The notes under the pieces: generated by a model | What the model was told of the DNA's origin: nothing | The model's database searches: none | What the model saw: only the letters and a program-made list of their open reading frames with translations | Translations under genes and position numbers: made by a program | Shown here: one piece after another, positions 13,301 to 18,057 of the stretch | Position numbering within the stretch: position 1 is the stretch's first letter | Layout: each line of letters starts with the position of its first letter | Origin: Patescibacteria group bacterium | GTDB taxonomy: Bacteria; Patescibacteriota; UBA1384; XYA2-FULL-43-10 | Reading direction: 5' to 3' | NCBI GenBank assembly: GCA_041674405.1 | Contig: JBAYVT010000004.1 | Location: 1-32,000, forward strand | Length of the DNA stretch: 32,000 nucleotides

Positions 13301-14487
13301 TCTGTCATCGTCATTGGATCTTGTATATACCAGTCGCTACCGCTCTGGTAGAGCATGCCCATATAGTCCGTTTTCATATATTGGCCAGGACCGACAGAAT
13401 CATACTGTCCGTTAAAATTTGTATTCCCTGCGCCGGCGACCAAATAGCCAGTACCACTAACTGTTACCGAAGTTGGTGCCGGGCTATCGCTTCCTGCAAT
13501 TACCCAAGTACCAAGTGGCGAAGATGAGTTATTCGTATAAGTTCCCAATGTACCAGGCCCACCCATGTTGTAATAGATCGAATATGTTCCCGTCCAGTTA
13601 GCATCTCCAAGTTCCCAGTAAGAATTAGAAGCATTATAATAGTACGCTATGCCATTCGAATTCATGCCTGTCATATTAGCATCAAAAACATAATTCCCAT
13701 TTGCCGCGCTAATCCCTGCGCCGCTGACGACATAAAGCGATGATTTTCTGGTAACAGTCGGCGCGCTACCGGGACTGTTGGCAGTCCAGCTACCATCTTG
13801 GGGATTTGCTGAATTTGTATAATACAGCATGTACATCCCATTAGGATCCATAACTTGCCATTGGCCGTAATTTTGAAGCACAAAGTTACTACTATTCATG
13901 TAGTAGCCGCCTCTGTCTGTGTATGTCCCATTTACCTCCGAGTATCCCGCACCTGAAGCAACATAGTCTGATCCATTAAGAGTAAAGGTCGGTGCTGTGC
14001 CCCAATAAGAACTCCATGATCCGACAGGAGTGTCACCGGTTGTTGTGAACATTTTTAGGCCTGATTGTTCGGAAAGAACCCAGTCACTGCCTGATTTGGT
14101 TATAGTACCCTGGCCCATCATGCCAGACATTGTATAAGGACCATCGTCTGTGCCATAATAAAAACCATCCAAATTCATGGTTCCGGAAATCGAGTAAAGG
14201 TGGTTTGTCGCTGCCTTCACCGGCTTAGGCGCAATAGAATTATAGCCCCACAAGCCAATCCCAAATGAGAAAAATAACAAAAATAAATAATGAGCCCACT
14301 TTGCCCCGCTCCACAAATGCCATCTGTAATACCATTGAAACTTCATCCGGCAAAAATTGTGTGCAGGTTCTAAGTGCGGGATTAATGTTCTCGTACTTTT
14401 TTGAATTTTCATAATTTCATCATCCAATTCCATGATTGTCATTCCGCAACGCTTGCTCCGATATTTTAATATTTTTGATCGCAGCAA
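1330..14487 (-). CDS. Giant secreted multidomain surface/adhesin-like protein (4385 aa): signal peptide, novel N-terminal repeats, carboxypeptidase-regulatory-like domains, Gly-rich domain, 2x DUF2341+LamG, 8x ~75-aa beta-type repeats, multiple FN3, Calx-beta
   Basis: Single uninterrupted ORF. First codon of the ORF is TTG; alternative ATG at 14346. Hydrophobic segment YLFLLFFSFGIGLWGYN followed by KPVKAA|TNH (signal-peptidase-I-like). Domain motifs recognised by eye. Confidence 0.9.
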   Translation of the reverse strand: MLRSKILKYRSKRCGMTIMELDDEIMKIQKSTRTLIPHLEPAHNFCRMKFQWYYRWHLWSGAKWAHYLFLLFFSFGIGLWGYNSIAPKPVKAATNHLYSISGTMNLDGFYYGTDDGPYTMSGMMGQGTITKSGSDWVLSEQSGLKMFTTTGDTPVGSWSSYWGTAPTFTLNGSDYVASGAGYSEVNGTYTDRGGYYMNSSNFVLQNYGQWQVMDPNGMYMLYYTNSANPQDGSWTANSPGSAPTVTRKSSLYVVSGAGISAANGNYVFDANMTGMNSNGIAYYYNASNSYWELGDANWTGTYSIYYNMGGPGTLGTYTNNSSSPLGTWVIAGSDSPAPTSVTVSGTGYLVAGAGNTNFNGQYDSVGPGQYMKTDYMGMLYQSGSDWYIQDPMTMTDVYKDANAATPDQGTWALAAAPAPTVTDGDPDGWTISGTVTYGGNGLSGVTVSVTGTSSATATTAANGTFTTTPLVPGTYNLAFSKTNYGFTPATISDISITNANVTGQDSTAVAANIISGTVAAGSDPMSGGTVIYDGAYTIRTFKSDDTLVVSEAAEAEVLLVAGGGGGGYFAGGGGAGGLLHESSHSFSAGSYPVTVGLGGAGNAQAGGGLPGESGENSVVDTLTAVGGGGGGSRTTSTWPYSGTAGSNGGSGGGGSASDGTTYGSGGSGTANQGNDGGDETSAYGWGGAGGGGAGAVGGNASGDTAGAGGDGLSTYSSLLTAANAGVDISGTRWIAGGGGGGARTDRGGSAKAGGKGGGGAGSISAQNGTDGTANTGGGGGGSGADSGSYAGGHGGSGIVIVRYLASSQAAGADVAFSASGQTTIHVTADGGGNYTSPPLLSGMTWTVTPTIEGLTFSPTSTDVALSGSDVPDTDFAVAEEPSYSISGTILDWSSTGISGVTVSDGTRSDDTDENGAYTITGVPDGTYTLTPTKTAYTFTPATLSATVSGADLTGKDFTAIPIPPTSWDYNTTITIDHTKVGTGGVADFPVLVTEANIPALFWSQVAADGKDIRIMNHDDTLLMNHELVSLDTGNKKMELWFKADGLSSDSDTVFKLYWGNTGAVAPPASWKQGVWSNGYAGVWHMNDVTTSTISDSSGNGNTGSKSGANTPVQADGLYGKSQQYTAGQTINVGSSDSLNLNAQDKTFEGMVYFPSVSDGIHQIISRYSNDSTVSYEWDYNNAEISYYDNVNGWVGAGNVLTTGWHFVSLTFSPSGNSMKFYIDGSDVAHPTVNGDPNATGAIDVGIGQRAHNSWGGSQTGAKFENFTASSTIRTQPWIQTEFNNQSSASTFYSVPAGGITISGTCKQYDESTNCGDSETVKVAINGSLDAATGTTSGGSWSISNVTQPSAGDTITVFVDGVADANEANAVTKYVSGDVSGIALYEKHLSIGSADNQTLSNTDISKYDNSVSSDEDIFFEVNTGTGDLTLPTGATQTDTDQKLYVLAGNAWRPNSGAGITSTTPNLVIPATATVNLDGTTLVLTGSGDPLSIAGTFTIGTSTVKFQGANATNVNALSYYNLYAADHTGTTFTAAGDITVSGVLTINAGAFSASSRTLHLTGSTTPFVVTGTFTPATSTISYEGTLATNVASTTYNNLYFNYADTTFTAAGDITVSSVLTVNTGIFDASSYTITLSGSGTPLVSSIASFHRSTSTVKYTGAAATNVAGVYYHNLYLDHSNTTFTAAANFVVYNVLTVNAGTFDASNKTITLAGSTGAPFVLNGSFTPSTSTISYTGNASGNTSVTSATYYNLYINQAVETYVAAGDITVSNVFTINAGTFDAADKTINLTGSGTPFVITPGATGAWLTGWGHRSTITIDHTKIGTGGVSDFPVLLTEANIPADFWSQVASDGKDIRVTDSNATTVLKNQVVSVDTTGHTMEVWFKAPSLSSDADSTFYLYWGNSSATMPSAADQQAVWSNGFAGVWHMNQASGNATDSTSNINDLTPSGSVTYSANGTVGKSMMLDGSSAYFTKTSPVGLDSATASWGTWTYLNSLSSVSTFIGRGPGGFSGGQIFATINTNGSINVDIPYVAGSVVTAPAGSITTLGWKKLTITRTSGGVWTIYVGATQVGQNTSASAPVLTGSLRLGANLYAGPSYANAYFDELRVGNGVAWTQPWVTTDYNSQNAPASFYSLGTATAPGGALTASTSTFKYTGSSATNIAGTTYNNLYLDHTSTTFTAAGDITVSSVFTNNAGTFNASNKTIHLTGSGTPFINTGTFTPSTSTISYEGTSATNVKGTTYYNLYINHTGTTFTEVGNNTVSNVLTVNAGTFNVGNTNLYLSGSGTPLVINGTFDPFTSNVRYTGSGPTTVAAASYYNLFFNQAGTTFTAAGDITVGSTLTITAGNFDASNKTIEIWGGGTPLVINDTFTSSTSTITYRGAGTPTITATTYYKLTFNGTGTYTAAGDIVANSDFTLTKGTFNADTHNIFCANMTASGSTTRVLQYGSGTWTVSGNWDSSGTNITETSGTSTVDLTGTGSVKALAVVSGVSYDFYNLKCAHNGQTTTLDTSIYVGNFLYVYSGGVLSSGHYLDLGKSDGDPLVNTGVTWSGGGFLKYYPNSDITIAGYNFGNMNVQYVGKTNNVTFTLSSGITTTGYISASGATSNKTTTLDTNGVNLSSNGLYAGLGGNNYGGVILLKSGSHTDAGDLRQSGTLSGNAIDFGTGSISVGGNINFAGIAVTPGTGTQVVTLNGSNTQTITSSNGTSIQEFNNLTSTNASASGVVFADSATVNGTFTDTTQSSKLTFHSGSTYDFDKVNIAGAANHPIILAPSSTTNWAFNPTTITAVTYVDVSKSTNTGASFCATYSTGSGNVGWLISSSAVCKPNAPTDAAIGNIDSTSFDATWTDNSSDETGFKVYISTNSNADCSLATYPDTPDYTAAAGATLQSVTGKSINTQYCAKIIAAGSGSDSDPAYSAPKYTLANTPSAPTVSGDYVLAYGYHFDVTINPNNNPEGTNYWIQYSANGTDYQDPVDMAWQTETTYNLFGKPWNTQYWFKIKAKNGDGTETSYSIAGADVTPPGPPTNRQVSNICSTTALASWAAASGANSYNFSYGTDTNATNLGTTSNITDTQHGLSDLVDVTTYYWKVSSTSDANGTGGWSAISNFATGACVAPIAPNDFNGTAASASQVNWSWSNVSGETGWKVEDTDHTDLHDLAADSTGWNETGLSANTSYTRHANVFNDYGSNDSNQKTVYTLANIPGAPTVSATASGIKIVINKNSNPDANTRYAIFNDTAGKYVKHADGTLQDDPDWQLYADWGGASGFINVGLSPNVSYTYKVKAENGDMITTDFSSTANVYSPANASISPTVNATSSSSLTIIINANSNPASTEFIIYNSAAGQYLKADGTLSAFATWQTREGWGGDSGIANIGLSSNTSYSYVVRARNGDGVLAAPSLAASKYTLANVPGAPDASAVSASAIKIFINQNSNPAGTRYAIYNETLGKYVKHADGSLQNDADWQTYSDWGGASGFTNSGLTAGTEYAYQMKAENNDGAETSMSALVHTITGYPSVQFAAATSQNSISSGSNNISINLSEISGTDASVDYAATGGTAVKDTDYTFTNGTASIAHGQNGVSVNLTLINNHLVGSNKTIVFTLSNPVNTSIGATSTLTFTIINDNPAPSGSFAIAQGSTTNSRDLSLNLTYGTATQVIASTNSDFSDSDYIGVASSIGLALPDVDAAYTICLKYKDQYGNESATYSQSITLDRAAPADPTALSAQAGNHTISLSWTNPSDSDLLKIKVYRGAAAGFDLGSANKTFEIYGGGATYVDPDATNNIDYYYKVTALDGVGNESGVSNEVTARADSDNPTTPGKPGVTETTQNINGNIVATARKLTFNWSASEDINSGLKNYIINIGSASGRNDVVSEAEIDAGTTSFAYEFGVDGTYFVRVSASDKMENISASSDEYIIAIDTTAPGRPEDAVMYDVSDRADNIFAAAIAWKSSTDAISGLKGYVVSKNGSALNVGPNGITGGIVSDPKTGYSFYLDLSQANLKTSYSIKAVDLAGNITPEVAATLADTDITRTTSQKAGDTTIILPDAIIGEGKLEISDIKVEPSGVISDKTQAKATWSTSVPATSQVEFGTSANYDRKTDIDTGLNSSHTVILPDLNPATTYHFRVISKDKRGNEIFSSDQTFTTGSKVKQKSILDLIAETLSNSFSRIWSSVRNLFSANHDMVYAADNAMSSLDTLFVSNISTPTKPSYALYWPKGKGNVSIQRSEDGGSFVTIGETDQNFYLDFSAKTNANYTYKVGELTGVSSDELSGKSVISAIKIESGAVSKDNASVIVTFKTDKLAKSQVLYGEGESLNLQTPLDEALNQSHTILIENLKPTRNYSFELKTIDKSGENVTTSAIQKFVAENAPTDMSLFEIIVKALQDALSGFDKWMRG
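3640..3975 (-). other. Calx-beta domain of the giant protein
   Basis: VQFAAATSQNSISSGSNNISINLSEISGTDASVDYAATGGTAVKDTDYTFTNGTASIAHGQNGVSVNLTLINN...KTIVFTLSNPVNTSIG. Confidence 0.8.
7230..8060 (-). repeat. ~75-aa protein repeats, copies 5-8
   Basis: YNNLYLDHTSTTFTAAGDITV, YYNLYINHTGTTFTEVGNNTV, YYNLFFNQAGTTFTAAGDITV, YYKLTFNGTGTYTAAGDIVA. Confidence 0.8.
8070..9070 (-). other. DUF2341 + LamG/concanavalin-like module, copy 2
   Basis: GWGHRSTITIDHTKIGTGGVSDFPVLLTEANIPADFWSQVASDGKDIRVTDSNA...FYLYWGNSSATMPS...GFAGVWHMNQASGNATDS; close paralogue of copy 1. Confidence 0.8.
9120..10100 (-). repeat. ~75-aa (about 225 nt) protein repeats, copies 1-4
   Basis: YYNLYAADHTGTTFTAAGDITVSGVLTINAG, YNNLYFNYADTTFTAAGDITVSSVLTVNTG, YHNLYLDHSNTTFTAAANFVVYNVLTVNAG, YYNLYINQAVETYVAAGDITVSNVFTINAG; matching DNA motif about every 220-235 nt. 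Confidence 0.85.
10620..11600 (-). other. DUF2341 + LamG/concanavalin-like module, copy 1
   Basis: WDYNTTITIDHTKVGTGGVADFPVLVTEANIPALFWSQVAADGKDIRIMNHDD...KLYWGNTGA then GVWHMNDVTTSTISDSSGNGNTG...KFYIDGS. Confidence 0.8.
12075..12825 (-). other. Glycine-rich domain of the giant protein
   Basis: LLVAGGGGGGYFAGGGGAGGLLHE...IAGGGGGGARTDRGGSAKAGGKGGGGAGS...GGHGGSGIVIVRYL; resembles known bacterial Gly-rich cell-surface domains. Confidence 0.8.
13225..14205 (-). other. Four ~80-90 aa N-terminal protein repeats (GAG..NGxY...YM...YY...W.I.D...PxGTW...APTVT)
   Basis: Recurring pattern in YVASGAGYSEVNGTYTDRGGYYM..., YVVSGAGISAANGNYVFDANMTGM..., YLVAGAGNTNFNGQYDSVGPGQYM..., each ending in (P)xGTW/GSW then APTxT. 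Confidence 0.75.
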
Positions 14488-14663
14488 AATCTCTCATTTT
14501 ATTTTGCACAACAAAATAATGGGCGTGAAATACGCTTTTCCCAAAATAAGTAAATTGTATTCGGATTTACTATCACCGCCCCTCGCAAAATTGCACTCGA
14601 TAACACACAAGAAAAGTGAGAAACTCGCTTTAGAACTCGATGGACTCCCTCCATCATGTTTTC

Positions 14664-14692
14664 ATTATATAGTATGCCCAGCTATTGGACAA
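14664..14692 (-). promoter_or_regulatory. Candidate promoter of the giant gene: TTGTCC - 17 bp - TATAAT
   Basis: Minus strand TTGTCC AATAGCTGGGCATACTA TATAAT, about 170 nt upstream of the ORF start. Confidence 0.6.
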
Positions 14693-14807
14693 CCAATATT
14701 ATCAAGATTTTATTCAAAAAATTATCTGTAGCGCAACAAAATTGGCAAGAGCAATAAAAACACTTTTAAAAAGCGGAAAACAAGAAATAAGCAAATCTCT
14801 TCGAAAA

Positions 14808-15359
14808 TTATTTCAATGAAATAGACACATCGCCCGTATTGATGTTCCCGGTAGAGTTGTTAAATAAAATCGTATTTGAACCAGTGTTCACATTCACACT
14901 GACATTCTGGTTTGAATATATTTTTTTGGTGACTTGCGTAAAAATTGCATCGGAAACATAGACAGTCGCTTTGTTTATATTGACTGAATTTGGCCCTGTT
15001 AAATCATTTTTGAATGTAAAAGTATTGCCTGGAGCATCGCGATCAATGACTATAAGTTCACGCGCATAAACCTGCGCCGGTAGGAAATCTTGGAAGTGGT
15101 GATGTTTTCTCATCAACCCCTGGTCCTGGAAAAAAACGGCGTTTGTGTCGATTACAATCAGATTTTCCAAATTTGTTTTCATTTGAATATCACAGCCGTC
15201 TCTGTGGCAATGGCTGTGAATCCGAGTTTTGACATCCGAACTGGCAGCATATGCGTTTGGCATAGCCACCACTATCAATACCAGAGTGACAAAAGTAGCC
15301 AGAACAACTCTCGCTATTTTCTGTAAATAAACCATTCGGTTCACCTCCTTCCGTAGCAA
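14808..15359 (-). CDS. Secreted protein of unknown function (signal peptide; His/Cys cluster near mature N terminus; Asn/Val/Gly-rich C-terminal half)
   Basis: 183-aa ORF: VLATFVTLVLIVVAMPNAYAASSDVKTRIHSHCHRDGCD. Strong AGGAGGTGA SD lies before the internal ATG at MVYLQK, the more likely start (about 15335). Confidence 0.8.
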   Translation of the reverse strand: MLRKEVNRMVYLQKIARVVLATFVTLVLIVVAMPNAYAASSDVKTRIHSHCHRDGCDIQMKTNLENLIVIDTNAVFFQDQGLMRKHHHFQDFLPAQVYARELIVIDRDAPGNTFTFKNDLTGPNSVNINKATVYVSDAIFTQVTKKIYSNQNVSVNVNTGSNTILFNNSTGNINTGDVSISLK

Positions 15360-15365
15360 AAATAA

Positions 15366-15394
15366 AAAACGCCATAAGTTTACCCGACGGCGCT
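15366..15394 (-). promoter_or_regulatory. Leader hairpin with T-run (terminator/attenuator-like) just upstream of the secreted protein gene
   Basis: Minus strand CGCCGT CGGGTAAACTT ATGGCG TTTTTTATTTTT: 6-bp stem (one G-U), 11-nt loop, T tract, then AAGGAGGTGA. Confidence 0.55.
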
Positions 15395-15515
15395 CAATAT
15401 TCCTATGGATTTATTTACTATCTCAACCTTTTAATCTTGAATGCAAGTTCGAGGATTTTAAGATTTTGGGTGTATTTTTGACTTTTGTCCGCCAGCTAGC
15501 GGATTGACTTTTGAG

Positions 15516-16217
15516 CTATCCGCGCGTATACACTTCTGCGTGGTTTGATACCCCAAAAGACTTTCCGAGATATTCGTTTAGGGCAAGCATCGCTTCATCG
15601 TATTTTTTGACTCTAAGCTGGCTTTTGTGAGAGCGCGCAGCCTCTTTTTTTATTTCGATATACTGGTCTATTGGAAAAATAATATTGGGCTTGCCAATTC
15701 CCCACACACTGTAATACCACACTTCCGGCTTTTCCTTAAGCTTGGAATAAGCGGTAAAAAAATGTTTATGGATCACCACGTGATCCGGGTGCCAATCTGA
15801 TTTATCCGGCACCAAAATTAAATCAATTGGGCGGGTTGCAATTTCCTCAAGTATCCGAACCCAAAGATCAGAATTTGCCGGGGAATCATCTTTAAGCCGA
15901 AGAAAGTTTACTTCGGAGTGCCCGAGCACCCGCACCGCTGAAACGGCTTCTTTTTCGCGGGCATCAATCAATGATTCATCTCGCGAGCCAATCTTGTTTC
16001 CTTTTGCGCCATCAAAAAAATAGAGGGTTTTAATTTTCGCCCCACCCTGTATTAGGTGTGCAAGCAACCCTCCGCAGCTAAAAACATCATCATCGGGATG
16101 AGGAGAGAGCACAAGAACATGGCCTGCTATCACATGGTCAACTACTTTTGCAGAAAGCCATGACCTCGCAGCAGAATGAACTAGGTCTTCTTCTTTTTTA
16201 TGGTGAACATGAAACAT
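15516..16217 (-). CDS. PIG-L/LmbE-family deacetylase
   Basis: LVLSPHPDDDVFSCGG...DLILVPDKSDWHPDHVVIHK motifs, 233 aa. Confidence 0.9.
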   Translation of the reverse strand: MFHVHHKKEEDLVHSAARSWLSAKVVDHVIAGHVLVLSPHPDDDVFSCGGLLAHLIQGGAKIKTLYFFDGAKGNKIGSRDESLIDAREKEAVSAVRVLGHSEVNFLRLKDDSPANSDLWVRILEEIATRPIDLILVPDKSDWHPDHVVIHKHFFTAYSKLKEKPEVWYYSVWGIGKPNIIFPIDQYIEIKKEAARSHKSQLRVKKYDEAMLALNEYLGKSFGVSNHAEVYTRG

Positions 16218-16225
16218 GGCAACCC

Positions 16226-16253
16226 AAGAATTACGAATTAAGAATTACGAATT
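16226..16253. repeat. Tandem duplication of AAGAATTACGAATT (2 x 14 bp)
   Basis: 16226-16239 and 16240-16253 are identical. Confidence 0.9.
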
Positions 16254-16435
16254 AAGGTTTTGGATTTTTTTATTAATCCATTTGTCATTTTACTTAACTC
16301 GACTGTTTTTAACGCCAATCCTTTAAAGCAAATGTCAGTAATAAAATTGACATCTTTAGCAATAATTAATTGGTTTTGTACTTCAGTCAAAGATCCCAAG
16401 GAAATCGAATAAAAGTTTGCTTTATCCTTTGATTC
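16238..16435 (-). pseudogene. C-terminal remnant of a four-helix-bundle protein (TIGR02436/S23-like family)
   Basis: Manual translation between stops: ESKDKANFYSISLGSLTEVQNQLIIAKDVNFITDICFKGLALKTVELSKMTNGLIKKSKTLIRNS*. Matches the family C-terminal pattern (SxGSLxExxxQLxIAxxxxxI...MxxGLIKxxK) with no N-terminal half or start. Confidence 0.7.
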
Positions 16436-16505
16436 TTAATTCTTGCTTCTTGATTCATCTTGACTGATTTATGATACTTGATTCTTAAAATATGCGGAGG
16501 AAGAT

Positions 16506-17708
16506 TTAAAATTTATCTCTAGCTAACTTTTGGTACACTTCTTCAATTTGTCCAACGACTATCCTCCAGTCATATTTTTTTGCCGTTTCCTTCCCTTCTC
16601 GAGCTAGCTTCGCAGCTAACGCCGGATGTCCGATAATTTCAATTACTGCCTGCGCAATTTGGCTTGGGCTTTCTGCTTTAATCATTATCCCGTTTTTTCG
16701 GTCGGATACGATGTCAGCAATTCCACCCACTTTTGTTGCGATGACTGGCACTCCTGTGCTCATGGCCTCCAAAACAACAATGCCAAATGTTTCTGAGATT
16801 GACGGCAAAACAAAAACATTCCATCTTTTCATATATTTTGTTGGATTGTCGATCCTACCAAGCAAAGTCACGTGTTTTTGTAATTTGGCATTTGTAATTT
16901 GTAATTTGAGCGCCTCACGCTCTTCGCCCTCACCAATAATTTCAAGAGTGGCAAGGGGAAATTTTTTTATTATCTCCGGCATGGCAGCAATCAAATATTC
17001 TTGTCCTTTCTGTAAATTCAGGTTTCCGATATTGCCAATAATCGGAGGTTGATGCCCGTGCCTAGCCTGAATGTTGCAAGCTGAGAGCTGCAAGCTTTTA
17101 GTGTCGATCCCGTTTGGAACAACCATAACTCTTTTGGCTGGAGCCATCTTATTTTTTATAAGAAAATCCGCAACGGCATTTGAAACTGCAATTATGGCAT
17201 CCGTTCGATAATTTAAAATACGCAGGGCTCTTTTCTGCAGCCATTCATTGACCCTGTTTTCAAGATGGTATGATTCATTCCAAATATGTTCGGTATATAC
17301 TTGATATACGCCTTTTGGTGCTGCTCTGCGTCCGATAAAACCCGCTCTCGGCCCGTGCGTATGAACTATCATCGGGCGAAATGGGTTATCGCGAGTCTGA
17401 ATTTCCGAAAGGATTTTTTCCAACCTGGATTTCGCAGAAAAATCAAACTTTGATCTGAATTTTATTTCGAGAACATGAATGCCATCAATTTCGCGAACCT
17501 TTCCTGAAAGAATTCCGGGCGAACATACCAAAAAAGGCTCGAACTTTTTCTGGTCGATATTTTTAAGAAGGCCAAGAACATGGGCTTCCCCGCCCCCAAA
17601 ACCGCTGTCCGCGATAATCTGTACTACTTTCATGCGTTTATCAACTTCTTTCGCTTCTGTATCGGCGGCCATTTTTTTAACGCGTTCTTTCGAAGTTTCT
17701 TTTACCAC
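16506..17708 (-). CDS. Glycosyltransferase family 4 (group 1)
   Basis: IADSGFGGGEAHVLGLLKNI...HTHGPRAGFIGR...VPNGIDTK...IGNIGNLNLQKGQEYLIAAMPEI...FVLPSISETFGIVVLEAMSTGVPVIATKVGGI. Confidence 0.92.
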   Translation of the reverse strand: MVKETSKERVKKMAADTEAKEVDKRMKVVQIIADSGFGGGEAHVLGLLKNIDQKKFEPFLVCSPGILSGKVREIDGIHVLEIKFRSKFDFSAKSRLEKILSEIQTRDNPFRPMIVHTHGPRAGFIGRRAAPKGVYQVYTEHIWNESYHLENRVNEWLQKRALRILNYRTDAIIAVSNAVADFLIKNKMAPAKRVMVVPNGIDTKSLQLSACNIQARHGHQPPIIGNIGNLNLQKGQEYLIAAMPEIIKKFPLATLEIIGEGEEREALKLQITNAKLQKHVTLLGRIDNPTKYMKRWNVFVLPSISETFGIVVLEAMSTGVPVIATKVGGIADIVSDRKNGIMIKAESPSQIAQAVIEIIGHPALAAKLAREGKETAKKYDWRIVVGQIEEVYQKLARDKF

Positions 17709-17748
17709 AATTCTCCAATGCCAAAATAATCTTTGTCTTAGAAAACTT

Positions 17749-18045
17749 TTATATTGAGATATATTTTGTCGTATACAAAATCACAAAAACCAGCACGTAA
17801 ATTATTGCCAGAAACACCCCCAGCGAATGATTGAATCTCTTACTGCCAAGCATCAGGTAACCAAGCGATAACCCGAACAAAATTCCAGAAAAACCAATCG
17901 TTAGAGTCTCTATCGGGTTTCCCCACATCTGGTTCGCCACTACGTCTAGTACCAACAATAGCAAAGCAAGCAATGACAAAGAAACCGGATTGAACAAAAC
18001 TCCTAACTCGCTTTTAGAACTAGCCTTAGCCATGTTCCCCTCCAA
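17749..18045 (-). CDS. Small membrane protein, hypothetical (three hydrophobic segments)
   Basis: 98-aa ORF; operonic position between gltX and the glycosyltransferase gene. Confidence 0.65.
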   Translation of the reverse strand: MEGNMAKASSKSELGVLFNPVSLSLLALLLLVLDVVANQMWGNPIETLTIGFSGILFGLSLGYLMLGSKRFNHSLGVFLAIIYVLVFVILYTTKYISI

Positions 18046-18057
18046 TTATTCGATTAA

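Noticed and set aside
1256-13415. Many plus- and minus-strand ORFs of 60-150 aa overlapping the giant gene (e.g. 8807..9247 +, 11437..11832 +, 10344..10700 -)
   Set aside because: Shadow ORFs in repetitive, low-stop coding sequence; low-complexity translations and no independent SD or domain signal.
14432-14731. 99-aa plus ORF between the giant gene and the small secreted gene
   Set aside because: Covers the giant gene's promoter region antisense; no SD or recognisable protein features.
15190-15375. 61-aa minus ORF starting MAFFIFATEGG
   Set aside because: Out of frame with the clear signal-peptide ORF 14808..15359 and covers its hairpin leader.
15366-15430. Leader before the secreted gene as a GEMM/cyclic-di-GMP riboswitch
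   Set aside because: GGGTAAACTT superficially resembles the GEMM core, but the second helix and the GGGACGCAAAGCC block are absent; kept only as a hairpin plus T-run.
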